Shown here: in pieces, positions 9,432 through 19,383 of the stretch
How the letters are laid out: every line of letters starts with the position of its first letter
Numbering within the stretch: position 1 is the stretch's first letter
Virus record (IMG/VR): IMGVR_UViG_3300032173_000002
Span: 1 to 64,000 of that record
Strand: one strand, 5' to 3'
DNA length: 64,000 nt
Source of the DNA: a virus
Notes under the pieces: model-generated
Told to the model about the DNA's origin: nothing
The model's database searches: none
The model's input: the letters and a program-made list of their open reading frames with translations, nothing else
Translations under genes and position numbers: made by a program

Positions 9432-9905
9432 TTGAGTAGTCAGATTCAGCAGGCGTTTCTCGATTCATTTACCAAATCTATAGTGAAGAAAATAGCTGCA
9501 GGAAAGGAACTGACGGACTTGGATCGAGTCTTGATAGACAAGCTTGATCTCGATTTGGAGAAATTGGGCTGGACTGCTACAAGAGATAAGGAAGATGTGG
9601 AAGTCTTGGAGTCGCTGAGTGGTTTCAAAAAGCTGTGTATGACCGGAGACGGTCTCTTGCTTTACTATCCGGTGTGGTGGTTAGTTGGGAGTTACTTCCC
9701 CTGGTCTTGTAGTTATCGGATTGGGTCTTTTGTGGCAGTTTCTCTAAACGAATTCAGGAGGGCGCTGACTAAGCAATTCCACGAAGACCAGGTCCAGCCC
9801 AGGCTCATTACAGCATCGGACCCCGAGTATGGTGGATTCTTTGTAGTTAAATCGTCTTCCTTCCTTCGGGATCTCCCTTGTTTTATCCAACTTAGAGCGA
9901 GGTGA
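9432..9905 (+). CDS. hypothetical protein
   Basis: 157-aa ORF, GGAGG RBS. Confidence 0.6.
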   Translation: MSSQIQQAFLDSFTKSIVKKIAAGKELTDLDRVLIDKLDLDLEKLGWTATRDKEDVEVLESLSGFKKLCMTGDGLLLYYPVWWLVGSYFPWSCSYRIGSFVAVSLNEFRRALTKQFHEDQVQPRLITASDPEYGGFFVVKSSSFLRDLPCFIQLRAR

Positions 9906-9908
9906 TCT

Positions 9909-10139
9909 GTGGAGGAGATAAAGATAGAGAGACTGATAAGTGGGAGTTTCCATCTTGGTGGAAATACGCTGAAGAGGTATCTTGAATGGACACAGTGGCT
10001 ATTATCCAGCTTGATCCGAACAGAACCTGGGACAAGGGTAAAGCTCGGAGTTTTTTGGCTGGTGAATGTTGGTGATAATTCCTTCTCGATAGTTACTGAT
10101 GAGGGGCAGCTTACCGATGGGATCGAGTCGCTTCTCTAG
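9909..10139 (+). CDS. hypothetical protein
   Basis: 76-aa ORF, GAGGTG RBS. Confidence 0.5.
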   Translation: MEEIKIERLISGSFHLGGNTLKRYLEWTQWLLSSLIRTEPGTRVKLGVFWLVNVGDNSFSIVTDEGQLTDGIESLL

Positions 10140-11298
10140 TCTTTCGGCATTATCAGATTTGTATAAGAGACCTTCGCCAGAGCTGCTGGCAGAGAGCTAC
10201 TTACTGTTGAAGGAGATCTCGGCGCAAGTAGTGAATGAAATTCTACCAGGAAGTGATTTAGAGTTTCCCCATGACTTTGCCCTGGATCTCGCCTACCGCA
10301 TTGCTAAAAAGAAGTTCAATCCTCCATCAAATATTTGGTCGCTTAGAAAATACATCAAGAAAACCTTTTTTACCAGGCGAATAGGAAACAAGATAGAGGA
10401 TAGCAGTCGTATAATTCCATTTGAAAATGAGATGGCAAGTCTGCTGTGCGATAATATTGATCTGGATGCGGCGATAGATTCTCGTACCGCAGCATGTCAG
10501 GTTCTTTTGTCTTTGATGGAGTTTTATTCTCTGGATCAGATCAAAAAGAATCTTCCTTTAGCCGTAATTAGCTACCGGGATAAGATTTCCATTAGTGTGA
10601 TGAGTGAGGACTTTAAGAGGTTCTATCTTACTTTTGAGTCTATACTGAGGGGAGTTCGGGAAAGAAACGAGTTCGGAGAGTTCTTTCTGGGTACAACAAG
10701 GATTGACGATGGTGTTAAGTCAATCATTGCTGCAGTGGCGTTGAAGAGGCTGTTTTTGGAGATCGTAGATTCTGATTTGGTTTACTCTCTGGACTTCGGT
10801 AGCCTTTTTCGACTGGCTCAAGTGGCCGGAGGGAGAAAAATATCCGTTCCGAAGATTCAGGAGCTTAATGATGTTATGGCTCGGTCGAGGAGCTTTGCAG
10901 ATTTCCTGTTCGACGAGTGTTCTAGTATATCTACTACAAAGAGTGGTGTTAGGAGTTATATGGAGGTAAAAGATACTCCTCACAGCACCTTGCGGGGAGA
11001 GTCAATATCTGATTTCCTGAGTAGGGGCCTTCGGGAAATTCCGGTAAATAAATACATTGATGTAGTGGTGGAGGCGTTGGTGGGCCTTCTCGAAGATATG
11101 ATACGGGTCCTGAAAGAATGTGGTAGTAGTTTGGGGGATGATCGTTATTTGATGGTAGTTGAAGAAGTCTCTCGATTGATTTATCTGCTAAATAAGTCGA
11201 TGGGGAAAACTGTTCATGCTTCTGTTAGCTCTATGATGGATGCTGTTGCGAAGGACAAGGAAAGTGTTTCGGTGAAGACCTTTAGAGGAGGAGCCTAA
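10099..11298 (+). CDS. hypothetical protein (weak Mor-like 'GG-x-x-I-x-V-P' segment; possible DNA-binding)
   Basis: 399-aa ORF upstream of the terminase region; LAQVAGGRKISVP. Confidence 0.55.
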   Translation: MRGSLPMGSSRFSSLSALSDLYKRPSPELLAESYLLLKEISAQVVNEILPGSDLEFPHDFALDLAYRIAKKKFNPPSNIWSLRKYIKKTFFTRRIGNKIEDSSRIIPFENEMASLLCDNIDLDAAIDSRTAACQVLLSLMEFYSLDQIKKNLPLAVISYRDKISISVMSEDFKRFYLTFESILRGVRERNEFGEFFLGTTRIDDGVKSIIAAVALKRLFLEIVDSDLVYSLDFGSLFRLAQVAGGRKISVPKIQELNDVMARSRSFADFLFDECSSISTTKSGVRSYMEVKDTPHSTLRGESISDFLSRGLREIPVNKYIDVVVEALVGLLEDMIRVLKECGSSLGDDRYLMVVEEVSRLIYLLNKSMGKTVHASVSSMMDAVAKDKESVSVKTFRGGA

Positions 11299-11440
11299 TG
11301 GATAATTTGGATGGAATGTTTCTTAGATTTATCTTCCTTTCGCTGATCTCTGGAATAGTAGGTGGATTGATAGGAAGTCTTATATGTCTCTTGTTTGGGG
11401 CAGGAAAGGGAGAGCGCAGGGTAAGGTAAAAATATCCGAA

Positions 11441-11492
11441 AAAAGAAAACAAAATGCAGGGCCCGTTTCGATTAAAATCAGGGGTATTTTTA
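11441..11492 (+). repeat. degenerate copy of the ~80-bp dispersed repeat
   Basis: 37/52 ungapped identities by eye to the core of 32851-32931. Confidence 0.5.
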
Positions 11493-11623
11493 GGGGAGGA
11501 TTGGCTATGGTTTATGTGACTCTGCTCTTTAGTGTTGGAAGTATTGCTGTAGCTATCTTTTTTGTTGTAGTAACCTGGCTATTGGATTTATGGTAGGTGG
11601 GGCTTATATGAGCTTCTGCTGCT

Positions 11624-12223
11624 TTGTTATTCTTATTTATGAACAAGACTCCCGGTCGTAGAAAGTTCAGGACTAGAAAGAGGCCTACTCCTGCCCACAA
11701 AGGGAAAAGGACGACTCGGGCCACTTCTGAGGGAACTTCCCCTGCGGAGGATTGGGAATTGCTGGCAAGAAACAATCCTAATGCCTTTGTGGCGAGAGTT
11801 CAGGAGGCTATTACCAATAGCCGAGTCGCAGTAGCTAATCATATCAAGGTTCAATATCAGAGACTCAATCGGTTGAACCGAGTAATGGATACTTTGGAAG
11901 TAGAATTCAACAATCCAGAGTTTCTTCAACAGTTATCTCAAAATCCAGTTCTGGCGATGAGTGTGTGGAAGAACCTGAGCGAGGAGGTTTCCCGGATTAC
12001 TTTGAACTTAATGAACATTAACAAAGTCATGATAGGTATTCAGAGAATGGGGGAAGTCTCTGAGGATTTTCGTCGTAGAATAGAAAGAGTGTCCCTTCCC
12101 TCTGTTCAGAGCAAGGGGGATTCCGCTGTAGCAGAGATCGTGGATGAGATCGGGGAGGAAGACCGTAAAGATTTGAAAAAGCAAGTGCTGGGCAGACTCA
12201 GGGAGTTATTAGAAAGTGAGTAA
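11624..12223 (+). CDS. candidate terminase small subunit
   Basis: Helical protein with basic N-terminus overlapping the start of the large terminase; positional call. Confidence 0.45.
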   Translation: MLFLFMNKTPGRRKFRTRKRPTPAHKGKRTTRATSEGTSPAEDWELLARNNPNAFVARVQEAITNSRVAVANHIKVQYQRLNRLNRVMDTLEVEFNNPEFLQQLSQNPVLAMSVWKNLSEEVSRITLNLMNINKVMIGIQRMGEVSEDFRRRIERVSLPSVQSKGDSAVAEIVDEIGEEDRKDLKKQVLGRLRELLESE

Positions 12224-14078
12224 TCGGCGATTACTAGATAAGATTGATAAGCTGTCCAAGGAGGAGTTGAATGCCTTACTTTCAAGGATAGCCACAGACG
12301 ATTACGAAGAGCCCCCTGTGGCAATTGATGTTTTTCTGGATGACTCTTACTTCTTGGGAGATTTTTTCAGAGGGAAGCTCCGGCCCATAGTGAGAGAGGC
12401 TTTGAATGAGATTTTCCCATCACCTTTTGTAGATAAGTACTGGCTGGTTGCTTTCAAGGGAGCTACTGGATGGGGGAAGACTTGGGCGGCCTGCGCCGGA
12501 ATGTTATATGATACATATAGACTGCTTTGTATGAAGAGTCCCCAGGAGTTCTTTGGCCTTGGAAACGAAACGATGCTGGTGTTCTACATTTTCAATGTAA
12601 CCTTGGCGGGATCGAAGACAAACAAGATTGATGTAGTATGGGATGTCGTTTCCCGAATGATCCACTCTTCCCCATACTTCAGGGAGAAGGCCGAGCGAGT
12701 GAAACTGTCCTCTGATGGGGATAAGTCTATGTTCCCCAAGAGAATTGATTTCCATGCGGGCTCAAGGGTAGTTCATGCTCTAGGACAGGCGGTGGCTGGG
12801 GCTATTCTGGATGAGGCGAATTTTGAGGTGATCTCCGGTCAGGTTTACCAGAACTTCAATCAGCTGCTCCGTCGTATGCAAACTCGTTTTATACGAGGTA
12901 GGATCTGGGTGGTCTCTTCGGAGCAGGAAAAGACTTCTGTCCTGAACTCTATTATCAAAAGATATGAGAATAGCAAGGGAGTAAAGGTTGTTTCCAAAAC
13001 TCTCTGGGAAGCGGTTCCTGAGAAGTTCTCTGGTAAGACCTTTGAAGTGTTCCCTGGATCGGATGTATGTCCTCCCTTCATTGTGGGAGAGGAAAAGGTT
13101 GACCTATCAGAAGAGGATAAGGCGTTAATTATTCATGCTCCTATTGAACTAAAGAGTTCTGCGGATGCTGATCTGATTGGGTTTTTGAGGGACTTTGCGG
13201 GGATTGAGGTAGGATCGAAATACAAGCTGTTTCGTCAGAAGGAAAAAGTTTCTGGTGCTATGGTGATCACTCCGATTTTCCCGGAGGTGATTCGGCTGTC
13301 CTTTACAGACGAGCATGACCAGATAGAGCACTATCTGCTGGTAGATGGATATTTTGATCATATTCCTGATTCGGGCCTTCCTCGATATATCCATCTCGAT
13401 TTTGGTCTCTCCGGGGATCGTTTTGGAATCGCAGCCTGCTACAGTCCCAGGGCAAAGGTAGTGGAGTTTGTGGATGCAATAAGCAGGAGAAAGGTCAGAG
13501 AGAGTGTTCCTGAAATTGTAGTAGAGTGGGCTTTCGCTGTAGAAGCTAAGAAAGGCTTCCAGATTCCCATCTACAAGGTTCGTTCATTCATTTCATGGCT
13601 CCGCAGCAAGAACTATCCTATCTCAGTGATTTCTGCTGACGGATTCCAGAGCGAGGATTGTTTGCAGCTTCTTTCCTTAGCTGGGCTAAAGACCGCTAGG
13701 ATTTCTGTGGATAAGACTACTCTTCCATATACAAGTCTTCGGACAGCAATATATGAAGATCGCTGTAAATTGCCCAAGAATAAGTTGCTCAAGGAGGAGC
13801 TACTGGGTTTGGAGATCTCTCCGGATGGTAAGACAATTGACCATTCGCCAAGGGGTTCTAAGGATATTTCTGATGGAGTCTCTGGTGCGGCATCTTCCTT
13901 ACTGGCAGATAAGAATGTGGTATTCTTCCAAAAGTTTATCAAAGAAGACAGAAGAGAGATAGGCGAGACAGATGAGATAGAGGCTCCAACTTTAGCGGAA
14001 GTCTTTTGGGGAAGGGAGAGGGGAAGAGCTTCTGTAGCAGATAACATTTTGAACATGTTTGGAGGGCAGAGATGGTAG
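12216..14078 (+). CDS. terL: terminase large subunit
   Basis: Walker A GATGWGKT, Walker B ILDEA, RNase H-like nuclease HLDFG...ADGFQS...DHSPRGSKDISDG. Confidence 0.9.
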   Translation: MSNRRLLDKIDKLSKEELNALLSRIATDDYEEPPVAIDVFLDDSYFLGDFFRGKLRPIVREALNEIFPSPFVDKYWLVAFKGATGWGKTWAACAGMLYDTYRLLCMKSPQEFFGLGNETMLVFYIFNVTLAGSKTNKIDVVWDVVSRMIHSSPYFREKAERVKLSSDGDKSMFPKRIDFHAGSRVVHALGQAVAGAILDEANFEVISGQVYQNFNQLLRRMQTRFIRGRIWVVSSEQEKTSVLNSIIKRYENSKGVKVVSKTLWEAVPEKFSGKTFEVFPGSDVCPPFIVGEEKVDLSEEDKALIIHAPIELKSSADADLIGFLRDFAGIEVGSKYKLFRQKEKVSGAMVITPIFPEVIRLSFTDEHDQIEHYLLVDGYFDHIPDSGLPRYIHLDFGLSGDRFGIAACYSPRAKVVEFVDAISRRKVRESVPEIVVEWAFAVEAKKGFQIPIYKVRSFISWLRSKNYPISVISADGFQSEDCLQLLSLAGLKTARISVDKTTLPYTSLRTAIYEDRCKLPKNKLLKEELLGLEISPDGKTIDHSPRGSKDISDGVSGAASSLLADKNVVFFQKFIKEDRREIGETDEIEAPTLAEVFWGRERGRASVADNILNMFGGQRW

Positions 14079-14178
14079 CATGGTGGTGGCTGGTAATTGT
14101 TGCATTTGTTTCCTTTTTTCTCGGACTGTTAGTGGAAGCCCTCTGCATCATAGTGAGGGAAGATCAGGAGGCTGATTC

Positions 14179-15870
14179 ATGACAACGAAGAAGAAAGAAC
14201 AGAAGACCGAAGGTTTAACAGAAAAGTTCAAGAGCACCTCTGAAGAGGCAAGAAGTAGCTTAGAAGAAGTCCAGAAAATACTGAACGAAGATAGGCGAGT
14301 TCGGGAGGAGCTAGTTGCCTTAATGTCCAAAAAGGATTTTCTGGATCGGGTGAAGATGGTTCGCTGGGCTTCTGAGACAGACCCGGCTGGGGTGGATTTA
14401 ACTTCAAGGTCTGGTTATCTGCTGGGCGCATTATTCAGCACAGTATGGAACAGGGTGAGAAATGAGCGAACTCGGATATACAAAGACATAGTTGAGCTAC
14501 GCAAGTTCTACCTGACCAATACAATCATATCTCAGTTTGCCACAGATGCCTTAACTCCAGAAGTAGGTACAGAAGAGATACTGGAGGTGGTCTCTACAGA
14601 CAGTGATAATGATCTGCTGAAAGACGAGTTGAAGGAGCTTCAGGATAAATTCGATCTGGATGCTATTGTGAACTCTGTCGTGGAAGATTTTCTCGCATAT
14701 GGAGAGTATTACTTGTCTGTTGAGGTAGATGGGACTGTGAATAGTCCTGGAGAGGGATTGGTTGATTTACGCGATGATGTAGAGCCCAACTCGATAGTTT
14801 GTCTTTCAGAATTTGGTAATGTATTGGGTTATCTCCATATAAAGAGAGGAACAGGTGGGACCGAGAGGCTGGAGTTCGTAGATAAGGTCTCCTATATTCA
14901 GTTTTCCTTCCAACCGGCTCGATTGCGGGTGGATTTGATGAAGGAGATGGAGCCCCATATAAAGAGAATTCGTGAACTGGAGAAGAAGTATGGAATCAAG
15001 GTGCCTCGATTCGTTCGTGTTGGAAAGCCAGTGATCTTTGATGTGATAGATAAGATTACTGAACTCTCTTTACTGGAGCAAATGGTTCCTGCTATTTCCC
15101 TGTCGGCGATGGCCGCAGGTAATGTAATGGGAGTCAGGGTCTCCGATGGGATGGGTCTGGAAGAGGCGATGAAGCTGGCAAGGGCTCTGGAAGAACTGGT
15201 CAATAAGAAGGTTTCTGTGGATACGACAAATAAAGCAGTCTCCTTAGAGAATATCATGTCCTCGGCAGGTAGGATTCGGTTCATCCCCATCTGGGGCACT
15301 GCGGGGGGATCCCCTGTAGTCTCCCTGGGTTACAAGGAGGATGTACAAGGTTTATCTGACTGGGCTAGTAAGATTCGGGAAGTAATCTGTGGTGCGGCTG
15401 GTATCCCGTCTGAGGTGCTTTTCCATACGGGAATGGGTTCTTCAGAAAGAGGAGCCAGGGCAGGGATTCTTCGCAGGTATGCAAGATACTTACGCAAGTT
15501 GAAGTTGATCCAGACTGCCGTAGCTAAAGCCATAGAGCAGATGGCAGGGATTCATCTGGTTGCAAGGGGCATCCCTTTCAAGCCCTCCGACATCCGCACC
15601 CGGTTCAAGAATAACTTGATCGAGATAGACAATCTGGATGAACTGGAGTACATCGACACGACTATCAGTGTTCTGAAGAATGTAATTGAGTTTCTCATGG
15701 AGAAGATGTCTAAGTATATTGATGAGGAGGAATTGATTGATTTCGTACGAGAGGAATTGTCCGTGGCCGGGGTCCCCTCTGATATTTTCATCAAGACAGT
15801 GAAACAAGTGATTCTTCCGGAGCCAAACAAGACTCCTAGTCCATCCACCACGATCAAACTGGTCGGTTAG
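14179..15870 (+). CDS. portal protein (T4 gp20-like)
   Basis: 563 aa directly after TerL; DFLAYGEYYL, helical fold pattern, GIPSEVL. Confidence 0.75.
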   Translation: MTTKKKEQKTEGLTEKFKSTSEEARSSLEEVQKILNEDRRVREELVALMSKKDFLDRVKMVRWASETDPAGVDLTSRSGYLLGALFSTVWNRVRNERTRIYKDIVELRKFYLTNTIISQFATDALTPEVGTEEILEVVSTDSDNDLLKDELKELQDKFDLDAIVNSVVEDFLAYGEYYLSVEVDGTVNSPGEGLVDLRDDVEPNSIVCLSEFGNVLGYLHIKRGTGGTERLEFVDKVSYIQFSFQPARLRVDLMKEMEPHIKRIRELEKKYGIKVPRFVRVGKPVIFDVIDKITELSLLEQMVPAISLSAMAAGNVMGVRVSDGMGLEEAMKLARALEELVNKKVSVDTTNKAVSLENIMSSAGRIRFIPIWGTAGGSPVVSLGYKEDVQGLSDWASKIREVICGAAGIPSEVLFHTGMGSSERGARAGILRRYARYLRKLKLIQTAVAKAIEQMAGIHLVARGIPFKPSDIRTRFKNNLIEIDNLDELEYIDTTISVLKNVIEFLMEKMSKYIDEEELIDFVREELSVAGVPSDIFIKTVKQVILPEPNKTPSPSTTIKLVG

Positions 15871-15935
15871 GCTTAGAAAATCTGTCAAAACGGTTAATAT
15901 ATAGGGGAAAGTTTTCTCCCAGGGAGGCAGGCAAA

Positions 15936-16433
15936 ATGAGTAGAGCAAATCTTCTTATAGAAGGATTAGAGAACATAGTCCAGGCAGAGTTAGATCCCGA
16001 AGGAGTAAAGCAAGGATTTTCGTCTTTGTTACCTGCCGGATGGGAAGTCCAAGATGTTACCCTGAATGAGAAGGGTGAAGTTAGAATTGTATTTCAGAAT
16101 ACAGAAACTCAGGAGTCCATTGGAACTATTTGGATCGTCGGAGAAGACAAAACTCCAATGGTCCATGTAGAGGGAACTGATCTGGCAGTAGATCTGAGTA
16201 ATTTCAAGCCCCCTACCAAAGAGACAACAGTAGGACCAGTGATAGATTTTGGAGCAGGAACTTCCTGGGTAACTCCAGTACTTGCTCAGGTGTTATTGTC
16301 TGGTGCCCAGATGAAACAAACTCCTGAAGAGCCGGAAAAGATTCCTGAAGAGCCGGAAGAAACTCCCCAACAAATTTCCACTGCTACTTCCCAGGTAGGA
16401 AGCCCTGAGCAAGAGAAACCACTAATCCAATAA
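15936..16433 (+). CDS. putative internal head protein with shared leader
   Basis: Starts MSRANLLIEGLE; acidic Pro-rich tail. Confidence 0.6.
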   Translation: MSRANLLIEGLENIVQAELDPEGVKQGFSSLLPAGWEVQDVTLNEKGEVRIVFQNTETQESIGTIWIVGEDKTPMVHVEGTDLAVDLSNFKPPTKETTVGPVIDFGAGTSWVTPVLAQVLLSGAQMKQTPEEPEKIPEEPEETPQQISTATSQVGSPEQEKPLIQ

Positions 16434-16440
16434 ATCCAGA

Positions 16441-16715
16441 GCGAGGATGAGCTAATCCAAAACAATCCTCGGCATAGACAAACATTCTCTTCTCCATTCC
16501 TCCGGGCTGCTGTGAAGAGAGGAGAGATAATCTATTTCGTCTCTCCTCCCCCGGCAGCCAAGTCTTCCCCTGTCGGGGAATTTCCTGACTGTTAGTCCCT
16601 AACAAATCCAGAAGGTCAATCGGATCTCTTTCGCTACCTTTCTCCGCCGATTGATAGTCTGGATAGTAAGGCGCTTGTGTAGAGTTGGCTCAGACTGGGC
16701 AACCGAGTCAATTCT
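16441..16715 (+). ncRNA. candidate structured ncRNA
   Basis: Six consecutive helices visible in an intergenic region, with G-U pairs and a GG-GCAA-CC tetraloop. Confidence 0.45.
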
Positions 16716-16786
16716 TGGTGGGCTCCTGTATTGTAGGGTTCTGGGGAGGGAGGAAGTTCCCCGACTTTTTCTTCAGGAGGTTTTCA

Positions 16787-17026
16787 ATGAGCAAAGCTAA
16801 GGAAGTAATCGAGCAATTGTCTTTCCACCCGATTTACATTACTTCTGGAGCGGATTGTGAACATTCTGAATCCAGGAGGATTGAAGGTACTCGGAAATTT
16901 GAATTGTATTGCATGAGCGGATGTGGGGCCTTGAAGGCTGGTTCAAAATGTCCTTACGGGACTAAGGATGCCACTGGCTGTCCTTGTTTTGTCCTGGCTG
17001 AGCACAGGAAGGGAGACATAAGATGA
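16787..17026 (+). CDS. leader-bearing 6-Cys module protein
   Basis: AGGAGG RBS, MSKAKEVIEQL, C..CMSGC..GSKCPY..CPCF. Confidence 0.7.
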   Translation: MSKAKEVIEQLSFHPIYITSGADCEHSESRRIEGTRKFELYCMSGCGALKAGSKCPYGTKDATGCPCFVLAEHRKGDIR

Positions 17027-17403
17027 AGAAAGTTCTTGCTCCGGTTCTCTTGTTCCTGCTTATCATTTCGATTTTAGGATGCGCAGGATCGAAAGGGAAA
17101 ATTGTTTCCTCCTACGAATTAGCAGGGGCGATGCTGAAAACAGCTTATCAAGTTGCTAAACCCGCTTGCGATTCTGGTACTCTTTCCACAGAGGATTGCG
17201 CGAAGGTCAAGCAGACTTACAATCAGGCCAGAGCCAGTTATCTCCTGGCAGGGGATTTATTGGTGTTAGCTATGGAGACGGAAGACCTGGCAAGCCGACA
17301 AGCAACCCTGGAAGAGTACCAGGAGCTTGCGAATACTTATACAAGGGAACTGGGTGAATTGATACGACTGCTAACAGCACTGGGGATACTGGAGGGGAAA
17401 TAG
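17023..17403 (+). CDS. lipoprotein (possible spanin-type lysis component)
   Basis: Signal peptide MKKVLAPVLLFLLIISILG|C lipobox; near the endolysin. Confidence 0.7.
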   Translation: MKKVLAPVLLFLLIISILGCAGSKGKIVSSYELAGAMLKTAYQVAKPACDSGTLSTEDCAKVKQTYNQARASYLLAGDLLVLAMETEDLASRQATLEEYQELANTYTRELGELIRLLTALGILEGK

Positions 17404-17404
17404 T

Positions 17405-17584
17405 ATGGCAAAGAAGATGAGCCCTGCATTGGTGATTGCTTTGGTGAATGGAGTTGCGACCCTGATCTCTGTTCTACCGGAGATAATTGAAGCAGTACGA
17501 AGTGCTAATCTCCCTGACCAGGAGAAAGAGGCTTTAATTGCTCGGATCAGAAAGGCTCAGGAGAGTATTCCTGAGTGGGAGTAA
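17405..17584 (+). CDS. small membrane-associated protein (not in ORF track)
   Basis: MAKKMSPALVIALVNGVATLISVLPEIIEAVR...; GGAGG RBS. Confidence 0.6.
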   Translation: MAKKMSPALVIALVNGVATLISVLPEIIEAVRSANLPDQEKEALIARIRKAQESIPEWE

Positions 17585-17784
17585 GAGAATTGGAAAGAGA
17601 AGTTAGTCTTGCCCGTTGCTTAGTCTGTAGGAAGTATGTCTTTGCAGGAGAAAGAGTTTGTCCTGGATGTAGAACAGTCGTTCGACGGTATGGCTGTTCG
17701 GTTTGTGAAGAGTTTGTGTCAAATCGTTGTCACCGAACCGAACTTGAATTAGAGAGGTGTCCTTGTTATGTTCCACCTTACTGA
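17575..17784 (+). CDS. zinc-ribbon protein
   Basis: CLVC, CPGC and CSVC motifs. Confidence 0.55.
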   Translation: MGVRELEREVSLARCLVCRKYVFAGERVCPGCRTVVRRYGCSVCEEFVSNRCHRTELELERCPCYVPPY

Positions 17785-17809
17785 GGAGGATGAGAATGTG
17801 GTGGGATAA

Positions 17810-17902
17810 GGATCGCATTCCCCCTTTGGTAGATGTAGAAGAAGAAGTTCCCGAGGATCGCATTCTCCCTTCGGTAGATGTAGAAGAAGAAGTTCCCGAG
17901 GA
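17810..17902 (+). repeat. 45-bp tandem duplication (DRIPPLVDVEEEVPE / DRILPSVDVEEEVPE)
   Basis: Two near-identical 45-nt units inside a small acidic ORF. Confidence 0.9.
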
Positions 17903-18063
17903 AGGAGATACTGAGTCCACTGGAGAAGATAATGGCTCTACTCAGTAAATCGAGAGCAGGAGATTTACTTACTTGGGAGAAGCAATTCAATCCCTTCGAG
18001 AAGCGGGAGAGGCACCAGGCTCTATGGATCTGGTTCGGACTCCACTGGCCTGTGGGTTGATCT

Positions 18064-18549
18064 ATGTACACCACCAAGCACTGCCGAATTGAAGAGCTAG
18101 TACCACCGGATTTTTTCGAGCTTTATAAAGATAGACCATGGATTTTGTGGGCTCAGCTTGATGATCTCTGCCTGATGGGGATTGATCTCATTTGGGAACA
18201 TTTCAGCAATCTTCAGGGACACAAGGTAACGATCATTATCAATGACTGGCTATGGGGTGGCCATGTGGGGCCGGATGGAAAGAAGGTCTCCTGGACTCGC
18301 TGTGGATTTCGTCCTGGGCCTCCCTTGCCAGGAGAATCCAAGGCAGGCCAGCATCCTCTCGGAAAAGCCTTCGATCTACATATTCTACAAGTGACTGCGG
18401 AGGAAGCCAGGCAGGAGATCTTGAGAAGCAAGGAGAAGTTCGCTCCTTATATCCGTAGGATGGAGCGGAATGTAAATTGGTTGCATGTGGATCGGGCAAA
18501 CTATGGGGAGAATTCCAAGGAGATCTACCTAATTGATCCACCAAGGTAG
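18064..18549 (+). CDS. peptidase M15-family endolysin
   Basis: CGFR, GQHPLGKAFD (SxH...D equivalent), NWLHVD Zn ligands. Confidence 0.85.
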   Translation: MYTTKHCRIEELVPPDFFELYKDRPWILWAQLDDLCLMGIDLIWEHFSNLQGHKVTIIINDWLWGGHVGPDGKKVSWTRCGFRPGPPLPGESKAGQHPLGKAFDLHILQVTAEEARQEILRSKEKFAPYIRRMERNVNWLHVDRANYGENSKEIYLIDPPR

Positions 18550-18556
18550 AAACGAT

Positions 18557-18838
18557 TTGAATCGAGCACAATCCGTGATAGCAATTTGTGAGGAAGAAGG
18601 TGGAGATTGTTTTGAAGCGGCAGGTCGTCTGATTATGGACTTGGAAGGCGGATTGCTCGTTCACGGGTGTGTAGATGGTAGGGGCCCACTCAAGGGAAAG
18701 AGATTTGTTCATGGTTGGGTGGAGATGGGAGATCTGGTCTTTGATTTCAGTGGAGGAAAGAGAGTGGTGATGTCCAGGGAGCAATACTATCAGATTGGAA
18801 ATATTCGGAAGTTGTCTATGATAGGCAGACCGCATTGA
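18557..18838 (+). CDS. leader-bearing hypothetical protein (Cys...His-x-Trp-Val-Glu...Asp, transglutaminase-like triad)
   Basis: TTG start MNRAQSVIAICEE; GDCFEAA, VHGWVE, VFD. Confidence 0.55.
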   Translation: MNRAQSVIAICEEEGGDCFEAAGRLIMDLEGGLLVHGCVDGRGPLKGKRFVHGWVEMGDLVFDFSGGKRVVMSREQYYQIGNIRKLSMIGRPH

Positions 18839-18915
18839 AGCTGATTGCGAAGCATAAGCACTGGGGACCATGGGAATCCCTGGATTGCTTGTAACAAGGG
18901 AGGGGAGGTAAGATT

Positions 18916-19113
18916 ATGAACAAGTGGGTATTCGGACTGAGGAAGTGGTCAGTGGTCGTGATCCTGATGATACTGACTTCGGCCCTCAAGGCTTGGTTCA
19001 GTCTAAGTGATGATCTCTATAAGATTGCTCTCTATATTGTCGGAGGTTTTGTGGGGGTTGATTTCATCCGCAATTTGGTGAGCAACAGGGAGCAACCCAA
19101 ACCGGATGCCTGA
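18916..19113 (+). CDS. putative holin (2 TM)
   Basis: 65 aa, two hydrophobic helices, charged C-terminus, near the endolysin. Confidence 0.55.
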   Translation: MNKWVFGLRKWSVVVILMILTSALKAWFSLSDDLYKIALYIVGGFVGVDFIRNLVSNREQPKPDA

Positions 19114-19140
19114 TTCCCCCACAGAGAATATGGAGAAACA

Positions 19141-19383
19141 ATGAGCAAAGCAGAGCATTTAGTAAATGAGTTTCTTGATGACCTGGACGAGCCCTATGGG
19201 ATTGAAGCTTGTGCTAATGATTTGATGAGACGATACCAGGATACCAAGACGATTCCCTGGGAGGCTTTTGATCTGGCGACTTCAGAATATGGGGTTCACC
19301 ATGATGACTGGCCGGAGTTGGAGGATATTCTTCTCAGTGCCGGTTATACTCTTCTGGATCGTCAGGGGAATCCAATAGACTAA
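19141..19383 (+). CDS. acidic leader-bearing small protein
   Basis: MSKAEHLVNEFLD. Confidence 0.65.
   Translation: MSKAEHLVNEFLDDLDEPYGIEACANDLMRRYQDTKTIPWEAFDLATSEYGVHHDDWPELEDILLSAGYTLLDRQGNPID

Noticed and set aside
15890-15905. T4-type late promoter (TAATATATA)
   Set aside because: Not the TATAAATA consensus and not found consistently before other late genes by eye
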